Assembly (NCBI GenBank): GCA_036339875.1 | Contig: JAYZAC010000059.1 | Coordinates: 1-24,709, forward strand | Length of the DNA stretch: 24,709 nucleotides | Source of the DNA: a bacterium | GTDB lineage: Bacteria; Muiribacteriota; UBA6191 | Reading direction: 5' to 3' | Part shown: piece after piece, positions 7,372 to 15,464 of the stretch | How the letters are laid out: the number at the start of each line of letters is the position of its first letter | How positions within the stretch are numbered: position 1 is the stretch's first letter | Translations under genes and position numbers: made by a program | Notes under the pieces: model-generated | The model's input: the letters and a program-made list of their open reading frames with translations, nothing else | Told to the model about the DNA's origin: nothing | Databases searched by the model: none

Positions 7372-9075
7372 ATGAAAGTCTTACTTTATTCGATGAACTC
7401 GCGGGCAATACAAAGTAACATAGCAATATACTACCTAGCCGAATATGCCTCTGCGAAAAATCCGGGTATAGACTTCGTATGCTTGGAATCCTCCACAAAC
7501 CAACCCGCCACTCAACAGTTAGCAGAAATATTGGCACATGAACCAAATCTTTTAGCTATAAGTTGCTATATATGGAATATCGAAGCAACTAGTCGTTTAT
7601 GCTCAGACTTAAAAAAAGTCGCACCGGATATAAAAATTTTACTCGGTGGTCATGAGGTTAGTCATGACCCAAAAACTTACATCGAAAATGGTATTTGTGA
7701 TTTTGTAATCACTGGCGAAGGTGAAATACCTTTTGCCAAATTTCTTAGATACCTACAAGGTTACTCTAAAATTGAAGATGTAGATTCATTAGTTTACAAA
7801 ACCAGTGATAAACTTAAAACTAATCCTAAAGCTACAGATCTCCAACCATTAGATTCGATTCCATCGCCCTATAAAGGCAATTTACTCAAACGCCCTTTTA
7901 TTTATTATGAAGTTAGTCGTGGATGCGTATACAAATGTCACTTTTGTTTGTCTGCCCTAGATAGAGGAACTCGATTTTTCAGCATGGAAAGATTTCATAA
8001 AGATATGGAAATCATTCTATCTAGTTCTCGAGTCAAACAAGTTAAATTCGTAGACCGCACCTTCAATCTCAACTTGAAGCGAACCAATCAAATTTTTAAA
8101 TATTTGAAAGATAATGGTTCAGGACGTAACTTCCATTTTGAAATCCAAGCAGAACTTTTCAAACCGTCAACACTGAAATTACTTGAGACTATTCCTGAGG
8201 GGCAATTTCAATTTGAAATTGGGATTCAATCGATTCATCAAAAAACATTAGATCTTAACGGGCGAAGTTGCCGCCTAGATAAGCTCGAAAAAAATCTCGA
8301 TTACATTCTTCAAAATACAAAAGTGCATGTTCATCTTGACTTAATCGTAGGATTAGAAGGCGAAAGCCCTGAAATGTTTATTCAATCCTTCAATTGGGCT
8401 TTTAGTAAACGAGCTCATCACCTGCAAATCGAAACATTGAAAATATTGAAAGGCAGTCTAAGTAGAAAATATCGAGAATCTAAAGATATCGTTTTTCAAG
8501 ACAGTCCACCCTATTCATTACTCAAGACTGATCTCTGGTCTTTTTCACAAATTCGACAAGTCGAGGATATTGCTGCATTATTGGAGATTTTCTGGAATCG
8601 GGAGGTTCTGCGCGAAGCCTTTTGGCAACTTAGCACTAATTTTCAATCTCCTTGGATATTTTTGGAAAAGCTAAGTAACTATTTTCAGCGCGAGCAACTT
8701 CCACTTACAGGGTTAGCAATGAAGAGGGCCTATGAGGCTATTTATGGGTTTGGATGTGAGTACTTGAAAGCCAATAATCCTTTCTTTGAAACTCTAATAT
8801 TAGATTACTTAGAGCATTTTCAATCTCAGGGGAAGACACCTTTCCCCAAATCATCTTCTACACTTAAACCACCTCAATATAGTCAGTTAGTCAAAGCACT
8901 TAAGCTGCAAAGCAAAGGCTTCATAGAAGTTTTAGACAATCCCTTAAACTTTAGGGGGCAAAAGGGTCGTTATTTTTATTTTGGAGGTAAAAATGAACCG
9001 ATCTGTAAGAACATTGACCTTCAATTGAGTGAGCTACCTCAGACCTTTAAGTCTAAAATTGGATTTCAGACTTGA
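7372..9075 (+). CDS. B12-binding-domain radical SAM protein (resembles the DUF4080-containing family)
   Basis: N-terminal cobalamin-binding Rossmann motifs (SCYIWN, ILLGGHEVS, GEGE), SRGCVYKCHFC (CxxxCxxC), KFVDRTFN, FEIGIQS, HLDLIVGL, PPY. ATG at 7372 is preferred over TTG at 7357. Confidence 0.92.
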   Translation: MKVLLYSMNSRAIQSNIAIYYLAEYASAKNPGIDFVCLESSTNQPATQQLAEILAHEPNLLAISCYIWNIEATSRLCSDLKKVAPDIKILLGGHEVSHDPKTYIENGICDFVITGEGEIPFAKFLRYLQGYSKIEDVDSLVYKTSDKLKTNPKATDLQPLDSIPSPYKGNLLKRPFIYYEVSRGCVYKCHFCLSALDRGTRFFSMERFHKDMEIILSSSRVKQVKFVDRTFNLNLKRTNQIFKYLKDNGSGRNFHFEIQAELFKPSTLKLLETIPEGQFQFEIGIQSIHQKTLDLNGRSCRLDKLEKNLDYILQNTKVHVHLDLIVGLEGESPEMFIQSFNWAFSKRAHHLQIETLKILKGSLSRKYRESKDIVFQDSPPYSLLKTDLWSFSQIRQVEDIAALLEIFWNREVLREAFWQLSTNFQSPWIFLEKLSNYFQREQLPLTGLAMKRAYEAIYGFGCEYLKANNPFFETLILDYLEHFQSQGKTPFPKSSSTLKPPQYSQLVKALKLQSKGFIEVLDNPLNFRGQKGRYFYFGGKNEPICKNIDLQLSELPQTFKSKIGFQT

Positions 9076-9238
9076 TTTTACTTTTCTTTTTTTTAACTAT
9101 AACTATGACTGGATACACCCAAACTGTGAAAGTTTGTATCGAGCCATTACCTGATAGGTTTCTCTTTAATCAAAAAGAATTTCACAAAGATAAAAACAAT
9201 TGCTTTGAAGTTACCTAAGCCCCAATAAAGAAAATTTT

Positions 9239-10159
9239 ATGGAAGTATTCAAGTCCGGGTATAACACCCAACGTCGATACTTAACTACCCCCTCTGGATC
9301 TAAACTCGAGTTCCAACTAACAAGAACTTATTATGATTCTGAATTAAATATGGAATTTATTTTGGTTCCACCTGGTAAATTTCTAATGGGATATCAAGGC
9401 CCAGACCTCGAAAAAAAAGACTATGCTCCACTTCATCTTGTTCAAATCACTGAAGCTTTCTACCTTGGAAAAACAGAAGTTACACAATCGCAATGGCGAA
9501 TGATTATGAAAACCGACACTTGGAAAAATAATCCTCAATATCAATATTACAGAGAAAAAGAGCCTATCGGTGAGGGCCCCAACTATCCAGTAAGCTGGCT
9601 TAGTTGGCATGACACCCAAAAGTTTATCGCCAAAGCTAATATGAAAGCCGGATCTAGTATATACCGTCTAGCTAGTGAAGCTGAGTTTGAATACGCTGCA
9701 CGATCAGGTGGATCCATAAATTATCGCTATATTTTTGGTAATGATCCTGAAAAAATTTGTCTTTATGGAAATGTCGCTGATCAGTCATTTAAAAAATACC
9801 ATCCAGATAGAAAAGTAGCGCCATGCAATGATGGGTTTCCATACACGGCACCTGTGATGCAGTTTCTACCAAATGCTTGGGGTTTCTATGACATGCTAGG
9901 GAATCTTTGGTCATGGGTAGACGATTGGTACGATCCAGACTATTACACTAAAAGCCCCAGTACAAACCCCCGTGGACCAAAAGAAGGTCATCGAAAATCT
10001 AAAAGAGGAGGATGCTATTTTGGAAACCATGAACATGTGGCAGTGGGAGATCGATTCTTTAACCACCCCTCATTCCAATGGGTTTTTATGGGCCTAAGAC
10101 TCTTTAGATCTTACGACCCCAATAAACCTTTACCTTTGGCACACCAAAAGGATCTTTGA
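9239..10159 (+). CDS. Formylglycine-generating-enzyme (FGE-sulfatase/SUMF1-like) domain protein
   Basis: VPPGKFLMG, GKTEVTQSQW, YPVSWLSWHD, RLASEAEFEYAARSG, PNAWGFYDMLGNLW, RGG...R...GLR. It lacks the catalytic Cys pair of true FGE. Confidence 0.92.
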   Translation: MEVFKSGYNTQRRYLTTPSGSKLEFQLTRTYYDSELNMEFILVPPGKFLMGYQGPDLEKKDYAPLHLVQITEAFYLGKTEVTQSQWRMIMKTDTWKNNPQYQYYREKEPIGEGPNYPVSWLSWHDTQKFIAKANMKAGSSIYRLASEAEFEYAARSGGSINYRYIFGNDPEKICLYGNVADQSFKKYHPDRKVAPCNDGFPYTAPVMQFLPNAWGFYDMLGNLWSWVDDWYDPDYYTKSPSTNPRGPKEGHRKSKRGGCYFGNHEHVAVGDRFFNHPSFQWVFMGLRLFRSYDPNKPLPLAHQKDL

Positions 10160-10172
10160 CTCTGTGGAGTCA
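10157..10172. terminator. Possible weak bidirectional hairpin between convergent genes
   Basis: TGACTC-TGTG-GAGTCA, a 6-bp stem with no clear U tract. Confidence 0.25.
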
Positions 10173-10182
10173 TAGTATCTAC

Positions 10183-10752
10183 TTACAACTTCATTAGATC
10201 TGCAGAGAATCTAACTGTTACATCAGTGCCCGTGACAGATTTACCATCAGGCCCTGTATGCAAAAGCTTGCAAGCCTCATGAATGGAACTCCAGGCCTCT
10301 CCAAGCATAAAGTCTTTCATCATGTCGAAGTTAGCCTCAAATGATATTTTATTATCACTTACATCAACGCTAACTCGACGCTGAGCCATACGTCCATTCA
10401 TATTCACGTACAAATCAACCTCACCATCCTTGTAATTGGAAGTTTGGGCTGTTATTGAGTCACCTACGAATAGGTTAAAAAACTTCGTACCTAAAGTGTT
10501 ATCACGCACGGGATTACCCGAATTGACGGACGCTGTATCTATTAGTATCTCAACTCCGTCAAACAAACCGCCTATGGTTTTGGCTTGATGAAAACCACCC
10601 GCCATGTAACGATCAAAAGTACCTTTGACAGCAGCACGAGACGTAAATTTATATGCCTCCCATTCGATTTTGAAGGACTTAGTATCGACTGCAAAACCTT
10701 GACCAAATACGGTATTTAATGCCATAAAAAGCAACACGATTCTAGATAACAT
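10183..10752 (-). CDS. YceI-like (polyisoprenoid/lipid-binding) exported protein
   Basis: Signal-peptide-like N-terminus (MLSRIVLLFMALNTVFG), KIEWEAYK....VKGTF and IDTASVNSGNPVRD (YceI motif). AAGGAAAGG upstream. Confidence 0.8.
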   Translation of the reverse strand: MLSRIVLLFMALNTVFGQGFAVDTKSFKIEWEAYKFTSRAAVKGTFDRYMAGGFHQAKTIGGLFDGVEILIDTASVNSGNPVRDNTLGTKFFNLFVGDSITAQTSNYKDGEVDLYVNMNGRMAQRRVSVDVSDNKISFEANFDMMKDFMLGEAWSSIHEACKLLHTGPDGKSVTGTDVTVRFSADLMKL

Positions 10753-10831
10753 AGAAATGAACCTTTCCTTTGATTATTAGGTCTCCAATAATATATAGCA
10801 AGGAGCTTGAACGCAAGTAGGTTACAAAAGC

Positions 10832-10861
10832 TTGTCTATGTAAGACATTTGCTTGTATTAT
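10832..10861 (+). promoter_or_regulatory. Candidate sigma-70 promoter for the 10872 gene
   Basis: TTGTCT-N18-TATTAT, ending 10 nt before the ATG at 10872. Confidence 0.4.
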
Positions 10862-10871
10862 CGCGACCACT

Positions 10872-11483
10872 ATGGATCGTAAACAAGCACTTTACTGGCT
10901 TATATTTTCAATGATTGGCTTCACTGTTTTGATACTTACTGGAGATCATTCTGTGGCAAAAGAGACCAAAGAATCATTTGATTTTGGTGTAATTGAATTG
11001 GGTGCTTTGGGATTACTTCTAGGTACTTGGGTTTTTCTCACAGGAAGTAAACCTGAAAGAAATAAATTAAAAATTGATATCAATAATGTAAAGGCCCTTC
11101 TGGTTAATGAAAAGTTCGATGAAGCTTTAGCTATCTGGCCTTCCATTGAGACGCAAGTAACTCAAGTCTTAGCTGAAAGAGACCCCCTTTACCAAACTTA
11201 TCAATGTTTGAGGTTTCAAGTAGCTAGTATTGATAGTAAAGGATTCGAAACATGTAAGCAATCCTTCATATGGCTCAAACGATACTTCAAAAGAACACGA
11301 AACTGGAAACAGCTAATGGATTATACTTTTCTCTACGTTGCAATACTAGAATCTCAAAAATCTGTAGATGAAGCCTGCGAATTGCTTGAAGAATTATATG
11401 AATTATCTGAAAAATATAATTTCTCGCCCGACTCTATACAATCAAAGCTAGAAAGGCTTCAAGACCAACTTGGTGATTCTTGA
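10872..11483 (+). CDS. Hypothetical membrane protein (2 N-terminal TM segments plus a helical, TPR-like soluble domain)
   Basis: Hydrophobic stretches ALYWLIFSMIGFTVLIL and FGVIELGALGLLLGTWVFL, followed by amphipathic helices. Confidence 0.75.
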   Translation: MDRKQALYWLIFSMIGFTVLILTGDHSVAKETKESFDFGVIELGALGLLLGTWVFLTGSKPERNKLKIDINNVKALLVNEKFDEALAIWPSIETQVTQVLAERDPLYQTYQCLRFQVASIDSKGFETCKQSFIWLKRYFKRTRNWKQLMDYTFLYVAILESQKSVDEACELLEELYELSEKYNFSPDSIQSKLERLQDQLGDS

Positions 11484-11515
11484 TCTGTCGGTATTAAACC
11501 AAATAAAATTCGCTT

Positions 11516-13873
11516 ATGCCAAACACAGATACTATCGAAATAAGTGTTAGAGAGCTCGTTAGCAAATTTTTTACAGGAGGCGACTTAGTCTTCAATTCAG
11601 CTGATACAAGCTCTGCCATCGATGGCTCCAAAATTCATAATTTGTGGCAAAAAAGTCGCAAAGAAACGTATCAATCTGAAGTCTCTGTCGACCATATATT
11701 TAATCAATACGAACCAACAATTCGTATTCGTGGACGCATCGATGGTTTGTATCCTGCCAGAAAAGTTATAACCATCGAGGAAATTAAATCTACCACATTA
11801 AACCCTCATAAATGTGCTGAAAACCCACCCCAGAGTCATGTTGCTCAATTAATGGTTTATGGTTACTTGTATGGATTACAAGAGAAATGGTCTAATTCAG
11901 AATCTATTTGTCTGAACCTAGTTTATGTGCAAGCTGAATTGAAAGATTTCGCTATTTCTAATCAAATATGCCGGTTAGATCAGCTTGAACAAAACTTTAA
12001 TTCACTGATTAATAAATTTTTAAAGTGGCATACTCAAAAATATTCATGGAAACAAGTCCGAAATACTTCCGCTAAATCTGCGATATTCCCTTTTGAATCT
12101 TACCGCGATGGTCAAAGACAATTGGCAGTCTCTACCTACAAAACAATAAGAGATAAAAAGAGATTAATCGCCGAAGCACCAACTGGAATTGGAAAAACGA
12201 TATCTACTATTTTTCCAGGGATCAAAGCGATGGGAGAAAATCTAATCGAACAGATTTTCTATTTGACTGCTAGAAACACAGTGCAAACGATCGGTGAGCA
12301 AAGTTTACGCCTATTAGTCGCAAAAGGTTTAAGTATAAGATCGGTCACCATTGTTGGCAGAGATAGAACTTGCATTGATATGAATGGTGCTTGTGCAGTA
12401 AATGAATGTGAAAGATGTCCTGGCTACTATGATCGGCTGCCTGCAGCTATGCAAGATGTTATGAATGAGACAATATTGGATCAAAATAAAATCAAGGAGC
12501 TAGCCGAAAAACATAAACTTTGTCCCTTTGAATTTTCTCTAGATGCCTCACTCGCAGCAGACATTATCTTCTGTGATTACAATTATGCATTTCATCCCCG
12601 CGCGACCCTGAGACGCCACTTTTTAGATAAAGTTCAAAAGCATGTTTTATTTATGGATGAGGGTCATCATTTAATCGAACGAGCTCGAGAAATGTTCAGT
12701 GCTGAACTTCACACCCGCAATCTAAAAAAATTAGTTCGCATAGTTAGATCGACCGAGCTTGAACTTACTCAGTCATTAGTATCAGTAATTCAATGGATGG
12801 AAAAGCAAGCACGAAGAAATTTACGAAACACAGAAAAGCATTCAAGTTCCAGCCTTCATATTTCTGATGATCTGAAAGACTTAATAAGCTCACTTAGTAA
12901 TAATTTGCAATTAGTTCTGGATAAATCGAGTAATCCAGAATCTAAAACAAATATTCGAGAGGTCTATTTTGATGCACTTTGGTTTCAACAAATTCTGGTT
13001 GGCTTCGATGAGGATTATTTATGCCTACTTGAACAAAATATTGAAAACACATCAATTCAGTTATTTTGTATCGACCCTTCATCAAGACTAGAATTATCCA
13101 TGAAAAGAGCGCAAGCAGCAGTACTCTTTTCAGCAACATTACGCCCGCTGAATTATTACAAAGAACTACTAAATTGGCCAAAACAAACTTTTACTTTACA
13201 GCTAGAGTCACCTTTTACTCCCAAAAATCTAAATTTTCTCGTAGATACCAGCTTGTCGTTTCGCTATAGAGATCGCCAAAAAAATCTTCCATTTGTCATC
13301 GAACGACTAATCACTTTTTTACAAAACTGTCCTGGGAATATAATTATTTTTAGTCCGTCCTATGAGTATCAAAGCAAACTCGTACATGAAATTCAAAAAC
13401 GACACCCAAATCGCACTTATATCATTCAAGAACCGGAAATGAACCATACAGAACGTAGTACTTTTTTAAGTAATTTCCAAAGAAGTAATAATCACACTGA
13501 AATGGTCGGATTTGCAGTTCTCGGAGGTCTATTCTCCGAGGGAATAGATTTGATTGGTAAACAGCTTCAAGGAGTCGTAATTATGGGTGTTGGTGCTCCG
13601 CCTCCCAATCAAAAGCAAAAAGAACTTCAAGAGTATTTCGATAGAGAATACGAGCAAGGTTTCGAATTCGGATTCCGTCTTCCTGGGTTTCAAAGAGTAT
13701 TACAAGCGGCTGGTCGAGTGATTAGAAGTTCCGAAGATCGAGGTTCAGTGATGCTGATTGATCAAAGGTATTCGCAAAATTCCTATAAAAAACTATTTCC
13801 CAAGCACTGGCGACCGATTAAAATCGATAGTTGCATAAATTTAGAAATTAAGTTGAAAGACTTTTGGTTGTAA
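11516..13873 (+). CDS. DinG/Rad3/XPD-family Fe-S ATP-dependent DNA helicase with N-terminal PD-(D/E)XK (RecB/Cas4-like) nuclease domain
   Basis: N-terminus: G..IH, GRIDG, IEEIKST, HVAQLMVYG. Helicase: Q-motif YRDGQ, Walker A APTGIGKT, Cys cluster C-x6-C-x4-C...CPFE, CDYNY, DEGHHL, SATL, FSEGIDL, QAAGRVIRS. Confidence 0.93.
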   Translation: MPNTDTIEISVRELVSKFFTGGDLVFNSADTSSAIDGSKIHNLWQKSRKETYQSEVSVDHIFNQYEPTIRIRGRIDGLYPARKVITIEEIKSTTLNPHKCAENPPQSHVAQLMVYGYLYGLQEKWSNSESICLNLVYVQAELKDFAISNQICRLDQLEQNFNSLINKFLKWHTQKYSWKQVRNTSAKSAIFPFESYRDGQRQLAVSTYKTIRDKKRLIAEAPTGIGKTISTIFPGIKAMGENLIEQIFYLTARNTVQTIGEQSLRLLVAKGLSIRSVTIVGRDRTCIDMNGACAVNECERCPGYYDRLPAAMQDVMNETILDQNKIKELAEKHKLCPFEFSLDASLAADIIFCDYNYAFHPRATLRRHFLDKVQKHVLFMDEGHHLIERAREMFSAELHTRNLKKLVRIVRSTELELTQSLVSVIQWMEKQARRNLRNTEKHSSSSLHISDDLKDLISSLSNNLQLVLDKSSNPESKTNIREVYFDALWFQQILVGFDEDYLCLLEQNIENTSIQLFCIDPSSRLELSMKRAQAAVLFSATLRPLNYYKELLNWPKQTFTLQLESPFTPKNLNFLVDTSLSFRYRDRQKNLPFVIERLITFLQNCPGNIIIFSPSYEYQSKLVHEIQKRHPNRTYIIQEPEMNHTERSTFLSNFQRSNNHTEMVGFAVLGGLFSEGIDLIGKQLQGVVIMGVGAPPPNQKQKELQEYFDREYEQGFEFGFRLPGFQRVLQAAGRVIRSSEDRGSVMLIDQRYSQNSYKKLFPKHWRPIKIDSCINLEIKLKDFWL

Positions 13874-13895
13874 TTCTCTAGAAATGAGTCACAAA

Positions 13896-14894
13896 TCAAA
13901 CTTTATTTTTTGGTAATATAGAGCTCTCTCCAATTTTCAGCGCACGAAAGTCTTCGGGTTTAAGTCTGGCTTCAAGCATAGCTTGTCGTAATTTGATTGG
14001 CGGTTCATCAATTGGCTCACTAGCCAGAGGAAATGTACCCCAATGAATACCTATAGAAAATCGACAACCAACCTCTTGATGAATCTTAACTGATTCTTCT
14101 GAATTAACATGAACTACTTCCATAAAATCACGCGGTGAGTAAACACCAATTGGAATCAAACCTAGATCAACAGGAGCAAACTTTTCTCCAATTTCCTTGA
14201 ACTGAACAGAATTGTAACCACTGTCACCCGCGAAAAATACTCGAAAAGAACTAATATCAATAATCCATGAACACCATAAACTAGTGTCTCGGTCCCAAAG
14301 CCAACGACCAGAAAAATGCTGGGCCGGAGTACAATGAATATTTATGTTGGAATCATTTACTTTACTACTCTGCCACCAATCTAACTCAATAATTCGCTCA
14401 GAAGGAACACCCCAGCTCCGTAAATAACGACCGACCCTCAAAGGTACTGCCCAACATTTAACTTCATCACGAAGTTGCTTTACAGAATAAGCCTCTAAAT
14501 GATCATAGTGGTTATGAGAGATAACAACTAAATCTAAAGGCAGACATTGTTTTGGTTTTATAGCAATCGGATGTGATCTTTTAGGTCCCACTCCGTTTAG
14601 GGGACCCAATGTGTTCCTAAAAACCGGATCAGTTAATACACGACACCCATTAATCTCAAGCAATACAGTTGAATGACCTAACCATGTAGCTTTAGTTCCC
14701 TTTTTGTTTCCAATAGAACTGTGAAGTTGTGGTTGAACCAGACCTACTTTATTCTTTGTCTTGCGATAATTTGGTACTGACTCACCTTTTATAACAAATG
14801 TTTCAAAGGCATGAATCATGCCCTTATGGCGTTTACTTGCATATGGATTTATAAATTTATGACCCTTGTGGTGTGAAAGATTCGACTTTTTCAT
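13896..14894 (-). CDS. MBL-fold metallo-hydrolase (NAPE-PLD/RomA-like)
   Basis: TWLGHST, LTDPVF, SHNHYDHL (HxHxDH), ELDWWQ, TPAQHFSGR, FFAGDSGY, IPIG.Y.P, IHWGTF. Confidence 0.92.
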   Translation of the reverse strand: MKKSNLSHHKGHKFINPYASKRHKGMIHAFETFVIKGESVPNYRKTKNKVGLVQPQLHSSIGNKKGTKATWLGHSTVLLEINGCRVLTDPVFRNTLGPLNGVGPKRSHPIAIKPKQCLPLDLVVISHNHYDHLEAYSVKQLRDEVKCWAVPLRVGRYLRSWGVPSERIIELDWWQSSKVNDSNINIHCTPAQHFSGRWLWDRDTSLWCSWIIDISSFRVFFAGDSGYNSVQFKEIGEKFAPVDLGLIPIGVYSPRDFMEVVHVNSEESVKIHQEVGCRFSIGIHWGTFPLASEPIDEPPIKLRQAMLEARLKPEDFRALKIGESSILPKNKV

Positions 14895-15405
14895 TTTCTA
14901 GATGGTCCTTTAGTTGCACCAAACCTTGTTCAAAAACAGGGCCCAACATACTATCTATTAATAATGTCATATATCCACCCAAAGGTGCTTCTACTCGGCC
15001 TCGCATGGACCATTGCAGCATTGTCCCCTGTGGAGTATCATCGTAGAAAAAATTAGCTACCGCGGGCTTCTCTTTTTCCCCGAATACTATTTCACACATA
15101 ACTCCTTTTTTAACAGAGGCATCAGTAATCGTAAAACTTCCTTTGCCAGCATCGCTTGTCCAGCGCTTAGTTGCTCCTTTTCCTCGACGAACATCACCAA
15201 AATCAAATTGAATATCGTTATTAGCCTTACTCCAAGGCATAAAGTGGGACCATTCTTCTAAATTACTTACAGCTGCATGTACTTGAGCCCTAGGAACATT
15301 TATCAAAATAGATCTATGAATTATGAAATCTTTAGGTAACAAGAACCCAATAAAAAAAAATAATCCCAAACAGATTCCCAAACTTAATATAAGCTTCTTC
15401 AACAT
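14857..15405 (-). CDS. SRPBCC (START-like/polyketide cyclase) family protein with N-terminal membrane anchor
   Basis: N-terminal hydrophobic helix, LP....I.RSI.I..P...V...V.NL..W...PW and C-terminal G..FEQGL..LK..LE. GGAG SD. Overlaps the MBL gene by 38 nt. Confidence 0.88.
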   Translation of the reverse strand: MLKKLILSLGICLGLFFFIGFLLPKDFIIHRSILINVPRAQVHAAVSNLEEWSHFMPWSKANNDIQFDFGDVRRGKGATKRWTSDAGKGSFTITDASVKKGVMCEIVFGEKEKPAVANFFYDDTPQGTMLQWSMRGRVEAPLGGYMTLLIDSMLGPVFEQGLVQLKDHLENEKVESFTPQGS

Positions 15406-15464
15406 GCATCACTCCAATGACTTTTATAAAGTTCGGAAGGATACCATCAAATCAAAGATATTGA

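Noticed and set aside
7372..9075. Calling the radical SAM enzyme HpnP/HpnR
   Set aside because: Its motifs (KFVDRTFN, FHFEI, HLDLIVGL, PPY) fit the generic DUF4080-type family as I recall it, and it is not in the cyclase operon.
9105..9218. 37-aa ORF MTGYTQTVKVCIEPLPDRFLFNQKEFHKDKNNCFEVT between the radical SAM and FGE genes
   Set aside because: No SD and no motif, and the length is compatible with chance. A frameshifted N-terminal part of the FGE gene cannot be supported either.
9990..10110. Diversity-generating retroelement variable region at the FGE-domain C-terminus
   Set aside because: No template repeat, reverse transcriptase or Avd gene is visible in the window. It would need a genome-wide search for a near-copy differing at adenines.
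11516..12055. CRISPR-Cas (Cas4 or type IV CasDinG) system
   Set aside because: No repeat-spacer array or other cas genes, and the nuclease domain lacks the Cas4 Cys cluster.
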